Assembly (NCBI GenBank): GCA_022822745.1
Contig: JAJEAO010000005.1
Coordinates: 17,831 to 81,830 of the forward strand
Direction of reading: 5' to 3'
DNA from: Acidobacteriota bacterium
GTDB taxonomy: Bacteria > Acidobacteriota > Vicinamibacteria > Marinacidobacterales > Marinacidobacteraceae
DNA: 64,000 nucleotides
Shown: in pieces, positions 28,934-38,035 of the stretch
How the letters are laid out: each line of letters starts with the position of its first letter
Numbering within the stretch: position 1 is the first letter of the stretch
The notes under the pieces: model-generated
Told to the model about the DNA's origin: nothing
The model's database searches: none
What the model saw: only the letters and a program-made list of their open reading frames with translations
Translations under genes and position numbers: made by a program

Positions 28934-30235
28934 ATGCCGCGAGCCTCTTTCACCTCGCTGGGTTGTCGTCTCAACCACACCGAAGCCGCCGTGTGGGCGG
29001 GCCAATTTTCCGCGAAAGGCTACACGATCGCCCGGTGGGGCGAACCCACCGATGTCGCGGTCATCAACACCTGTTCCGTGACCCACCGGGCCGAGGCGAG
29101 CTGCCGGAACATGGTCCGGCGCACGCTGCGGCGCTCGCCGGAAGCCTTCGTCGTGGTGGCGGGTTGCTACGCCCAGTCGGGACTCGATGCGATCCGCGAG
29201 ATCCCCGGCGTGGACATGATCGTCGGGACCGAGTTCAAGGACACGTTCGCGGACTACCTGCTGCGGCCGCGGAAGCTGCCCGAGCCGGTCGTCCTCCACT
29301 CGGCCCGGATCTCCCGCCACGAGTTCGAAGTGCCTTCCACCGGGCGCTACGACGCCACCCGCGCGAACCTGAAGGTCCAGGACGGCTGCGACTTCTTCTG
29401 CTCGTTCTGCATCATCCCCTACACCCGGGGGCGCGAGCGGAGCCGCCGGTTCGAGGACATCCACCGCGAGGCCGACGAGCTGGCGGCGGGGGGCTACCGG
29501 GAACTGGTCCTGACCGGAGTGAACATCGGCCGCTACCGGAGCGGAGGGCGCACTCTCGCGGACGTGGCCGACGATCTCGAGACCATCGCGGGCGTCGAGC
29601 GGATCCGGATCACCTCGATCGAACCGACGACGGTCGAGGATCGGCTCTTGGAAGGCATGGCGGCCGGGCGCGCGCTCTGCCCGTACCTCCACCTGCCGAT
29701 CCAGTCGGGGGACGACGAGGTTCTCGAGCGCATGGGTCGGCGCTACACCACGAAGGACTACCGCGATTTCGTGGAGCGCGCCGCGGCCGGGATCCCCGGA
29801 CTCGGGCTCGGAACCGACGTGATCGTGGGTTATCCGGGCGAGACCGACGAGGCGTTCGACCGGACCTGCCGGTTCCTCGACGAGCTGCCGTTCGCCTACT
29901 ACCACGTGTTCAGCTACTCGAAGCGCGCGGGGACGCGGGCGGTCGGCCTGCCGGGACACCTTCCGCCCCAGGTCATCGCCGAGCGGAGCCGCGAGCTGCG
30001 GGCGCGTTCGGACCGGAGGCGCCGGGAGTTCGCGCGCCGGCACCGGGGTCAGACTGTGGATGTCCTGTTCGAGCAGCAGGACGCCACCGGGCGGTGGACC
30101 GGGCTGACGCCGAACTACCTGCGGGTCGCCGCCGTCTCGGAGGCGCCGCTCGCGAACCGGATCCGCCCGGTGCGGGTCACCGGCGCCGACCCCGGGGTTC
30201 CCGGACTCGCGACCGGAGCGCTCCTCCCCGAATAG
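28934..30235 (+). CDS. radical-SAM methylthiotransferase, MtaB-like (MiaB/RimO family)
   Basis: MTTase N-domain (SLGCRLNHTE, INTCSVT), radical-SAM CDFFCSFC, C-terminal TRAM-like segment. Confidence 0.85.
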   Translation: MPRASFTSLGCRLNHTEAAVWAGQFSAKGYTIARWGEPTDVAVINTCSVTHRAEASCRNMVRRTLRRSPEAFVVVAGCYAQSGLDAIREIPGVDMIVGTEFKDTFADYLLRPRKLPEPVVLHSARISRHEFEVPSTGRYDATRANLKVQDGCDFFCSFCIIPYTRGRERSRRFEDIHREADELAAGGYRELVLTGVNIGRYRSGGRTLADVADDLETIAGVERIRITSIEPTTVEDRLLEGMAAGRALCPYLHLPIQSGDDEVLERMGRRYTTKDYRDFVERAAAGIPGLGLGTDVIVGYPGETDEAFDRTCRFLDELPFAYYHVFSYSKRAGTRAVGLPGHLPPQVIAERSRELRARSDRRRREFARRHRGQTVDVLFEQQDATGRWTGLTPNYLRVAAVSEAPLANRIRPVRVTGADPGVPGLATGALLPE

Positions 30236-30276
30236 TCCGCTTGCGGACTGGAATCCGGCATACGGAGGCTCTCCTC

Positions 30277-30561
30277 ATGGCCACTTTCGATGTGCGTGAA
30301 GCCCGGACGCACCTCTCCCGTCTCCTGCTGGACGCCGAGAGGGGAAGGGAAGTCGTGATCGCCCGGAACGGCAGACCCATCGCCCGGCTCGTTCCGCTCC
30401 GGCCCCGGGGGAGGCGGCAGTTCGGCGCCCTCCGCGGTCAGGTCCGGGTTCCGGACCGCTTCTTCGATCCGCTTCCCGAGAGCGAGCTGGAGCGGTGGGA
30501 GGAAGAGGTCGGCGCGGCTCCTGCCGGACACTCCCGCGTGGCTGGAGTGGCTGACGAGTAG
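30277..30561 (+). CDS. Phd/YefM-type antitoxin (VapB-like), apparently orphan
   Basis: MATFDVREARTHLSRLL...VVIARNGRPIARLVPL; C-terminus FFDPLPESELERWEE. No PIN-domain ORF is adjacent. Confidence 0.65.
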   Translation: MATFDVREARTHLSRLLLDAERGREVVIARNGRPIARLVPLRPRGRRQFGALRGQVRVPDRFFDPLPESELERWEEEVGAAPAGHSRVAGVADE

Positions 30562-30651
30562 CCGCAATCTCTCCCCGGAGGCCGCGCCGCGATCCCGGAC
30601 TGGTCCAGCGGGGGGCGTCCAGCGGGGGAGCCCGGCGTGCGCCCGCGGGAG

Positions 30652-31563
30652 TCAGTCGCTGAAGCGGAGGGCCGGGAGCGGCGAACCGGTGAGGCGCTCG
30701 TAGATCGAGAGGTACCGCTCGGTCGTGCCGCGGACCACCCGGTCGGGCAGGTGCGGCGGGGGCGGCTCCTTGTTCCAGTCGAGCGTGTCGAGGTAGTCCC
30801 GCACGTACTGCTTGTCGAAGCTGGCCTGAAGTCGCCCGGGGGCGTAGTCGTCGGCGGGCCAGAACCGCGAGGAATCCGGCGTGAGCACCTCGTCGATGAG
30901 ATGGAGCTCGCCGTCCTCGTCGAGGCCGAACTCGAACTTCGTGTCCGCGATGATGATGCCCCGCTCGGCGGCCCATTCCACCCCGCTCTCGTAGATGTCC
31001 CGCGAGACCCGGTGGAGGCGCTCGGTCAGCTCGCGACCGAGTTCGTTCGCCATGTACTCCTCGCTGACGTTGATGTCGTGCCCTTCGGTGGCCTTGGTGG
31101 CGGGCGTGAACAGCGACTCGGGGAACCGTTCGGCGAGCTGCATCCCCTTCGGGAGCTCGATGCCGCACACGCCGCCCTCCCGCTGGTACTCCCTCCATCC
31201 GGAGCCGTAGAGGAACCCCCGCATCACGCACTCGAACGGCACCGGGCTGAGCTTCCGGACCAGCATGGAGCGACCCTCGAGCACCGCCTTCCCCGGCGCC
31301 AGCGCATCGGGGTATTCCCCGACGTCGTCCGAGATCAGGTGGTTGCTGACGATTCCGGCGGTCTTGCGCAGCCAGAACCCGCTGATGCTGTTCAGCACCC
31401 GGCCCTTGTCCGGGATGCCCTCGGGGAGCACGACATCGAAGGCCGAGACCCGGTCGGTCGTGACGAGCAGGAGGTTGCCTTCCACCTCGTAGATGTCGCG
31501 GACCTTGCCGCGATTGAGGAGGGTGGCGCCCTCGAGGTCGGTGTGGCGAATGGCTTGGGACAT
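30652..31563 (-). CDS. purC: phosphoribosylaminoimidazole-succinocarboxamide synthase
   Basis: Starts MSQAIRHTDLEG...GKVRDIYEV; SAICAR synthetase blocks throughout. The track ORF extends upstream to 31647 as low-complexity read-through. Confidence 0.9.
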   Translation of the reverse strand: MSQAIRHTDLEGATLLNRGKVRDIYEVEGNLLLVTTDRVSAFDVVLPEGIPDKGRVLNSISGFWLRKTAGIVSNHLISDDVGEYPDALAPGKAVLEGRSMLVRKLSPVPFECVMRGFLYGSGWREYQREGGVCGIELPKGMQLAERFPESLFTPATKATEGHDINVSEEYMANELGRELTERLHRVSRDIYESGVEWAAERGIIIADTKFEFGLDEDGELHLIDEVLTPDSSRFWPADDYAPGRLQASFDKQYVRDYLDTLDWNKEPPPPHLPDRVVRGTTERYLSIYERLTGSPLPALRFSD

Positions 31564-31573
31564 CAACCGAATT

Positions 31574-32518
31574 CTACGGTCTGCGGCGGCCGGCGCCGCG
31601 CCGCGCCTCCCCGTCCTCGCCGCTGCGGCGATCCAGACGGGCTTCATGGCCCGACCCGGGCCGGAGCAGCACGCGGGCGGCGGGGCCCTCGCCGAATTCG
31701 GCGAACCGGACCGCAGCGCGCTCTTCCCAGTCGTCTCCGTTCCCCGTCTCCTCGTCCTCGTCGGGCTCGCCCGCGGCCGAGACCAGGGCGGCGGCCTCGG
31801 CGGGAAGCGTCAGGCGCACCGAGCCGTCCGCCGATCGGAGTTCCCAGACGCCCCGGGGAGCGGGCGCCGCGGCGGACCGAGCCGTCACCGTGACCCGGCC
31901 GTCGCCCGAGACCGCCCGAACCTGCTGGAGCCGACCGGCGAGGCCGATTCTTCCGTCCGCCGTCTCCGCGACGAAGCGACCCTCGAGATCCTTCCCGTCG
32001 ATCCGTCCGTCTCCGGTTCGGAGTTGCGCCGGGGAGGCCCCGGCGCGAAGCGACTCGGCTTCGATCGGCCCGCTCGCCGTCACCGCCTCCACCGGGCCGG
32101 TCAGCCCGGACAGCTCGATGCGTCCATCCCCGGTCCACGCCTTGATTGCCGTTCCCGGGGCGGTGCGGATCGTGAGCCGCAGCCCGACGGACTCCCCGAG
32201 CCGGAAGGCGCCGCCGAGCAGGTTCCGGCCGCGGATCCGGAGCGTTTCCGCATCCTCCCCGTCGGTCTGGACGACGATCGCCGGAAGGGCGGAGGCTGCC
32301 GCCTCGCGCGAAAGCGCCCTCGACCACCGCTCGACTTCGATCTCCACTTCGGGGAGCGCGTGCTCCCGGATCTCGAGATCCCCCTGATCGAGTCGGATCT
32401 CGATCGAGGGAGCGGCGGGAAGCCGCCGGATCTCCACCGATGTCTCGACGACTGGTTCGACGCACCCCGCGGTCAGCGAGAGCGCCACGGCGGGCGTCGT
32501 GAGCCAGCGACAGCTCAT
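31574..32518 (-). CDS. DUF4097-like beta-strand-repeat lipoprotein
   Basis: Lipobox LSLTAGC; repeated short G-D-G-R/S-I/V beta-strand units. ATGA overlap with the upstream stop. Confidence 0.6.
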   Translation of the reverse strand: MSCRWLTTPAVALSLTAGCVEPVVETSVEIRRLPAAPSIEIRLDQGDLEIREHALPEVEIEVERWSRALSREAAASALPAIVVQTDGEDAETLRIRGRNLLGGAFRLGESVGLRLTIRTAPGTAIKAWTGDGRIELSGLTGPVEAVTASGPIEAESLRAGASPAQLRTGDGRIDGKDLEGRFVAETADGRIGLAGRLQQVRAVSGDGRVTVTARSAAAPAPRGVWELRSADGSVRLTLPAEAAALVSAAGEPDEDEETGNGDDWEERAAVRFAEFGEGPAARVLLRPGSGHEARLDRRSGEDGEARRGAGRRRP

Positions 32519-34347
32519 GGCTTCTCCTGCGGGTCTTCGGGAGTCGTGATCCGGCCAGACGAGGCGCCCCGGGGGGGCTCTCCTCCCGAAATCCCCACGA
32601 CCAGGATCTCGCCCCCCTCGGTGGTCGCGAGAACCGGAGGGCCCCCGCCGCCGACCGAGGCGACGAGCCTGGAGTCATCCGCGGACGATTCGAGCTCGAA
32701 GTGGCTCGTCACGTCCTCCGGCTCGGCGCGCACTGCGAGCTGGAAGGACCCCGCCGTCGGCAGTTCGAGGTGGATGTCTCCGCCGCGGCTCGAAACCGAG
32801 ATGCTCCCTCCGACTCCCGAAGTCGAGACCCGCAGGTCTCCATCGCCGCCGGAGAGGCGCAGCGCGCGAGCGAAGGTCTCGACCGACGCCATCCCGTCAC
32901 CGACCGAGAGGACTGCGGCGCCGCCGAGCCCGCGGGCGAAGAGGTCGCCCCCGCCGGTCACGACGGTGAGCGCGCCGGCTACCTGCTCGACGATCACATC
33001 CCCCGATCCCGCATCGAGGTCCACCGCTCCTTCGGCGTCTCGCACCTCGATCAGGGCGCGTTCGCTTCGGATCTCCACCGGCCCGAGGACGCGTTCCACG
33101 ACCACCGGGCCGAAACTGGCGGCCACCTTCGCCGCCCCGCCGATCCGCCGCAGCGTCACGGGGAGGAACCGGCTGTTGACCTGGACCGCCTTCGCCGCGT
33201 CCTCGATCGCGATCACGCCGGTCGGGCCGACAGCCTCGACGGCGACGACCCCGGCCGCTCCGGCGATCCGCACCGGGCCTCCATGGGAATCCACCGAGAC
33301 CGCGTCGCCGGCGGCGGCCACATCCACGACCGCCCGGTGCGCCCGCACCGTGACCGCGCCCGCGATGTCGTCGGCGACGATGGCCCCGTCCCGGCCGGCG
33401 AGATGGGCGGCGCCGGCGGCGCCCCGAACCTCGACCGGGCCGTGCGAGCCCTCGGCGGTCACCGCGGCGAAGGCGCCCTCGACGCGGACCGGCCCCCGGC
33501 CGGTGACCGCCGAGACGCTCACGTCGGGCGGAACCTCGAGGACGAGGTCGAAAGCGGCGTCCGACTCGCCCTCGTCCACGACGGTGACGCGGAGCCGGCG
33601 GCCTTCCCGTGAGTCTTCCGTCCGATCTCCCCCGGGGGAGACGACCAGGCGCGCCTCGTCGGCGCGCCGCTCGGCGAGCGCCGGCGTCGCCGCCCAGATC
33701 CGCTTTCTCAGCGTGATCCGTGCGACTCGCGGCGCCTCTTCGACCTCGCGCGTCTCGAGGTTGGTCGCCGAAGCGTCCGCGCCCCCAGCCTCGGTCTCCG
33801 AGGCCTCCGCCCGGGGCGGCGAAGAGGCCTCGACCACGATGCCTCCGGCATCCAGCTCCACGACGAGATCCGTGATTTCCGGGGGCAGGGGCGCCTCGAG
33901 CTCCGTCGCGAAGGCGTGCTGCGGAACCGGGTTGACCTGCTCGCGCACCCAGCGATGGACCTCGTGGACCCGGTCCGCGACGCCCCAGCGCTCCACGATC
34001 TGGCGGCCGAGGCTGAGCCCCAGTCCGACGAACAGGACGAAGAGCAGCAGCAGGATCTCGAAGAACCCGAAACGCGCCCTGCCGGTCACGAATCGCTGAA
34101 CGATCTTGCCGAGCCCCCACGCGATCAGGACGACCGGCCACCAGACCGAGGCCACCGGGATCAGGTCCACCAGGACGACGAGGAGACGGGCGCCGTGGAC
34201 ATTGACGGCCAGGGCGAGCGCGCCGACGAGGATCAGGACGATGCCGAGCGCGGTGGCGCATCCGGAGCCCCGCCGCGGCTTCTCTTCCGGCGCCGGATCG
34301 GACGCCGCTTCGGTCGGACGCGCTGCTGGCGTCGTCGTATCGCTCAT
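32515..34347 (-). CDS. membrane protein: LiaF-like N-terminal TM region + DUF4097-like beta-helical repeats (YvlB-like)
   Basis: N-terminus ALGIVLILVGALALAVN...WWPVVLIAWGLG; long Gly/Val/Asp repeat region (GPVEV, GDVIV, GPVRI...). Confidence 0.6.
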   Translation of the reverse strand: MSDTTTPAARPTEAASDPAPEEKPRRGSGCATALGIVLILVGALALAVNVHGARLLVVLVDLIPVASVWWPVVLIAWGLGKIVQRFVTGRARFGFFEILLLLFVLFVGLGLSLGRQIVERWGVADRVHEVHRWVREQVNPVPQHAFATELEAPLPPEITDLVVELDAGGIVVEASSPPRAEASETEAGGADASATNLETREVEEAPRVARITLRKRIWAATPALAERRADEARLVVSPGGDRTEDSREGRRLRVTVVDEGESDAAFDLVLEVPPDVSVSAVTGRGPVRVEGAFAAVTAEGSHGPVEVRGAAGAAHLAGRDGAIVADDIAGAVTVRAHRAVVDVAAAGDAVSVDSHGGPVRIAGAAGVVAVEAVGPTGVIAIEDAAKAVQVNSRFLPVTLRRIGGAAKVAASFGPVVVERVLGPVEIRSERALIEVRDAEGAVDLDAGSGDVIVEQVAGALTVVTGGGDLFARGLGGAAVLSVGDGMASVETFARALRLSGGDGDLRVSTSGVGGSISVSSRGGDIHLELPTAGSFQLAVRAEPEDVTSHFELESSADDSRLVASVGGGGPPVLATTEGGEILVVGISGGEPPRGASSGRITTPEDPQEKP

Positions 34348-34372
34348 GGGCTCGGTGGGCGGGTGGCGCGGC

Positions 34373-34603
34373 TCAGGTGGAGGGTGGCGGCTCGGGCGGT
34401 TGCGGCGCCCGGGGGCGAGGCCGGCGGCTGTCGCTCACCATCTTCACGCCGATGGCAATGAGGATCAGCGGCCACCAGTCCCGCAGGGAACGGAGGATGT
34501 CGCGGATGTCGAAGAGGTCCAGGCTGTTCGCGAGAAACACGGCGCCGATGACGATCAGCACGATGCCGGGCGTCGCGGCGCTGCGACGGGACCGATGGCT
34601 CAT
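34373..34603 (-). CDS. small membrane protein with LiaF/LiaI-like TM hairpin
   Basis: PGIVLIVIGAVFLANSL...WWPLILIAIGV; ATGA overlap with the upstream gene. Confidence 0.5.
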   Translation of the reverse strand: MSHRSRRSAATPGIVLIVIGAVFLANSLDLFDIRDILRSLRDWWPLILIAIGVKMVSDSRRPRPRAPQPPEPPPST

Positions 34604-35157
34604 GAGGTCCTTTCTCCTTCCGCGGTCGAGCCGCGATCCGGGTCGGCGCCGTTCGCCTCGATTTCGATGTCTTCATCCGGCGCCGGCGGGGGAGGGGGGG
34701 CTTCCGGCGCCGGTCGTCGGTTCACCAGCCCGGCGAACGCGGAGCCGTCGGGCACGATGGGCTGGCCGCGCAGCATCTGCACCCCGGCCCACACGAGGGC
34801 CAGCGGCCACAGGTGGATCACCCACGCGAACTCCTCCACCAGCGACAGCACGCCGACGGTTCCGGCGAACACGAGCCCCAGCGCCCACCGCCGGTCGAAC
34901 CCGATGTCCGGCTCCTCGCCGGCGGCCCGGGCGCGGACGCTCGCCTCGGTGACCCGGATCGCGTCCACGATCCCGAACAGCCAGACGAGCAGGAGGGCGG
35001 GCGCGGCGATGTTGGTGGCGTGGTGCACCGCTCCCTGCAGGAAGGCGAGGAAGCCCCCGGCGAGGGCGAAGCCGCGAGCCGTGGCCCCGGCGTAGAAGTG
35101 CCCCAGTCCGGGAAAGACAACCGAGAGGATCCCGGCGATGCCCGGAGAACGGTTCAT
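34600..35157 (-). CDS. integral membrane protein, unknown function
   Basis: 185 aa, 3-4 TM segments, Pro-rich acidic C-terminal tail. ATGA overlap with the anti-sigma stop. Confidence 0.5.
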   Translation of the reverse strand: MNRSPGIAGILSVVFPGLGHFYAGATARGFALAGGFLAFLQGAVHHATNIAAPALLLVWLFGIVDAIRVTEASVRARAAGEEPDIGFDRRWALGLVFAGTVGVLSLVEEFAWVIHLWPLALVWAGVQMLRGQPIVPDGSAFAGLVNRRPAPEAPPPPPAPDEDIEIEANGADPDRGSTAEGERTS

Positions 35158-35744
35158 GGCGCCACTCCTTCCACCGGAGGATTCGCAGGGTCGGGAGGAG
35201 TCTGCCGGGGGTCGTCCGGTGACGCCGGCCCCCGGGTCGCGCGCTCGAAGTCGCGAACGCGATCCTCGAACTCGACGATGCCTCCCTCGATGGCGACTCC
35301 CAGCGAGGCGCGAAGCAGCTCGAAGTCGTAGCGCGCCCGGTCGCTCTGCTGCGCCGCGATCTGACGCAGCCCGGCGATCGCGGCGGAGGCCTGCGGGAAC
35401 GCGGCGGCGAGATCCTTCACCGGGCCCGGCTGGAGGATCCCCACGACGAGCATCGCGGCGGCCGCCGCCGCCCAGGTCGGCCAGTAGGCGGTCCGCCGCC
35501 CGTAGAGCCTGCGGAATCGGGGCAGCGTGGCCGCGAGGATCCGCGCATCGAGGCCCGGCGCCGGCCGGGGGGCGGTGTCCCCGAAGTCGGCGAGCGCGCG
35601 ATGGATCCCCCGCATCTCTCCGTAGAGGCGGGCGAGGCGGGGGTTCGACGCCAGCTCCCCTCGCAGCGCCGCGGCGTCCTCGCTGCTCAGCTCCCCCGCG
35701 GCGAGAGCCGTCACCCGCGCTTCGGTGAACGGGTCGGTGGTCAT
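35154..35744 (-). CDS. anti-sigma factor (single TM)
   Basis: N-terminus MTTDPFTEARVTALAAGELSSEDAAALRGELASNP; one TM (AAAAAAMLVVGIL). ATGA overlap with the sigma-factor stop. Confidence 0.6.
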   Translation of the reverse strand: MTTDPFTEARVTALAAGELSSEDAAALRGELASNPRLARLYGEMRGIHRALADFGDTAPRPAPGLDARILAATLPRFRRLYGRRTAYWPTWAAAAAAMLVVGILQPGPVKDLAAAFPQASAAIAGLRQIAAQQSDRARYDFELLRASLGVAIEGGIVEFEDRVRDFERATRGPASPDDPRQTPPDPANPPVEGVAP

Positions 35745-36342
35745 CGGATCGCCCTCCGGCGGCGCGACGCGGCGCGGCCCGGTTTCGGGTGTTTCCCGGC
35801 GGCGACGGCCCGGCGCGCCCGGACCAGGGCGCGGCGCCCCCGGTGGATGCGGGACTTCACCGTCCCGAGGGGGATGCCCAGGCGCTCGGCGATCTCCGGG
35901 TAGCTGAAGTCCATCATGTCCCGGAGCAGGACCGGCTCGGCGAGCTCGGGCTGGATCTGGTCGAGGAGCCCCCGGACCAGCGCGGCTTCCTCGCGTCGCT
36001 CCGCGATGGACTCCGGACTCCACCACACCGGAACGCGGGTCTCGGGCGCGTCCTCCTCGGGGATCGTCAGTGGAGTCCGCGCCCGCTTGCGGTAGTGATC
36101 GATCCCGGCGTTCGTCGCCACCCGGCGGATCCACGCGCCCAGGGCGCCTCCGGAGGGCCGGTACGCCGGAAGGACAGTCAGGAGGCGCATGAAGATGTCC
36201 TGGGTGAGTTCGTCGGCGTCGTCGGGCGTGGCGGTGAAGCGATAGGCGATATGCCAGATGGGTTGTCGAAAGCGGCCCACGAACTCGCGCCAGGCCTCGG
36301 CGTTCCCGGCGAGACACTGGCTGGCGAGTTCGGCATCGGAGA
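35741..36342 (-). CDS. ECF-type (sigma-70 family) RNA polymerase sigma factor
   Basis: Region 2 (DADELTQDIFMRL; AWIRRVATNAGIDHYRKR) and region 4 HTH (DFSYPEIAERLGIPLGTVKSRIHRGRRAL). N-terminal boundary uncertain: there is no canonical in-frame start between the nrdR stop (36437) and region 2.1. Confidence 0.8.
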
Positions 36343-36436
36343 GTCCTCCGGTCGGGAAGTGTGGTGGCGCTTTCTGGTTCCCCCGGTGGCGCTTTCCCTT
36401 ACGCGACTTGCGCCGCAGCGGTTCTCGGTGGGGGGC

Positions 36437-36922
36437 TCAGCCGTCGTCCGGAGGCCCGGCGCCCGCCGGCGCGCGGCGGTGGAGCAGGGAGCGGATCTCG
36501 GTGACGAAGTCGTCCGTGTCCTGGAAGTCCCGGTACACCGAGGCGAACCGGACGTAGGACACGTGGTCCTCACGCTTGAGCGCTTCCATCACGAGCTCGC
36601 CGATCTCGGCCGTCGAGAGCTCGCGCTCCGGGCTCCGGCTCACCCTGCGCCGGATCGAGGCGGCGATCGCCTCGATCGTGGCCTCCGCGATTCGGGTTCC
36701 GCAGGCGCGGCGGATGCCGGTGAGCACCTTCTCCCGGTCGAAGGGCTCGCGGGCGCCGTCCTTCTTCACGACGACGAGCGGCACTTCCTCGACCGTCTCG
36801 TAGCTGGTGAAGCGGCGCGAGCAGCGGGCGCACTGCCGGCGGCGGCGAATCACCGCCCCTTCGCGGCTCTCGCGCGAATCCACGACCCGATTCTCGCCGC
36901 TGCCGCACCACGGACACCTCAC
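36437..36922 (-). CDS. nrdR: transcriptional repressor NrdR
   Basis: Zinc ribbon (CPWCG...CARC) plus ATP-cone. GTG at 36922 gives a GTGA overlap with the upstream stop. The track ORF opens at 36961. Confidence 0.9.
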   Translation of the reverse strand: MRCPWCGSGENRVVDSRESREGAVIRRRRQCARCSRRFTSYETVEEVPLVVVKKDGAREPFDREKVLTGIRRACGTRIAEATIEAIAASIRRRVSRSPERELSTAEIGELVMEALKREDHVSYVRFASVYRDFQDTDDFVTEIRSLLHRRAPAGAGPPDDG

Positions 36923-37857
36923 GTCGCAGCCCTCACGAGGGCAGGGTACAACGGCGCACAACGGCCTTGCCCGGCGGCGAGAGCCGATTCGACGGTGCGC
37001 GGCGGCCCCGCCAGCCCCAGATCTCGCTCCATTCCCGGCCAGGTCGCCGCGGCCGGGATCAGCCCCACGATCTCCGAGCTCCGGACGCCGGCCCCCCGCC
37101 GCCTCGCCTCGGCCTCGACCCGGTCGAAGGCCTCCTTCACCGAGGTCCGGCGGAAGTCGAGGAGGTTCATGGAGACCTGAACTTCCCCGGGGGCGGCGAG
37201 CCGCACTCCGATGGCGCGGAGCGAGGGGCGGGGGTCGTCCGGGCGGTTCCGGATCCGGGCCGCGATGCGGCGGGCCACCCGCAGCCCGCCACCCTCGAGA
37301 TTCACGTTGAACGCGATCAGGAAGTCCCGCGCTCCGACGACGACCGCTCCGGCGGTGGGGTGGAGGCGACCCGGCCCGTAGTCCGGGGTCATCTCGCCGC
37401 GGGCGACCCGTCGAGCCAGTCCGGCCGGACCGCCGCGCCGGATCCGCGGCAGGGCTTCCCGGGTCGGGGAAGCGTGGCCGTAGAGGAAGACCGGGAGGTC
37501 GCCGGTCGCTGCGAGCTCGGCGCCGATCCGCCGGGCGAGGCGGGCGGCGTCCTCCAGGCTCGCCGTCCCCAGCGGAACGACGGGGAGGACGTCGAGCGCG
37601 CCGACCCTCGGATGTTCGCCGCGATGGCGCCGGAGGTCTATGCGTTCCATGGCGGTCCGGAGGAGCGCGCGGCTGGCGACGGCGAGCTGCCCGCCCCGTC
37701 CGGCGAGGGTCAGGACCGCCCGGTGGTGCGCGGCGTCGTGATGGAGGTCGAGGAGGAGATCCCCGGCCGCCTCCGCGAGAGCGGCGAGGGTCTCGGGAGA
37801 GCGCCCTTCGCTGAAGTTGGGAACGGCTTCGAAGCGAAGGGGCGGGTCCGGGTTCAC
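36919..37857 (-). CDS. glutamate formimidoyltransferase-like protein (FTCD N-terminal domain)
   Basis: N-terminus PPLRFEAVPNFSEGR; ~312 aa; GTG start at 37857. The track ORF 36919..38730 includes an upstream shadow extension. Confidence 0.7.
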   Translation of the reverse strand: MNPDPPLRFEAVPNFSEGRSPETLAALAEAAGDLLLDLHHDAAHHRAVLTLAGRGGQLAVASRALLRTAMERIDLRRHRGEHPRVGALDVLPVVPLGTASLEDAARLARRIGAELAATGDLPVFLYGHASPTREALPRIRRGGPAGLARRVARGEMTPDYGPGRLHPTAGAVVVGARDFLIAFNVNLEGGGLRVARRIAARIRNRPDDPRPSLRAIGVRLAAPGEVQVSMNLLDFRRTSVKEAFDRVEAEARRRGAGVRSSEIVGLIPAAATWPGMERDLGLAGPPRTVESALAAGQGRCAPLYPALVRAAT

Positions 37858-38035
37858 GGGTCCAGGGCTCGTTGATTTGCGACAGGGATCGAGGCGAACA
37901 CCGCCTCCTGGAGAGGGCGCGCCGCCGCGCCGGCCCCGGTTATAGTGTCCCGGTTTCGCCCGTGCCGGTTCCCTCCTCGCGTTTCGCCGCGCCCGCGCTC
38001 GCCTCGCCGGCTCCCCCGGCAGGAGGCTCGCCCCG

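Noticed and set aside
35154-36317. 387-aa minus-strand ORF spanning the sigma and anti-sigma region
   Set aside because: It is a fusion artefact. Its N-terminal 190 aa are an alternative frame of the sigma gene; only the C-terminal part from ATG 35744 (anti-sigma) is credible.
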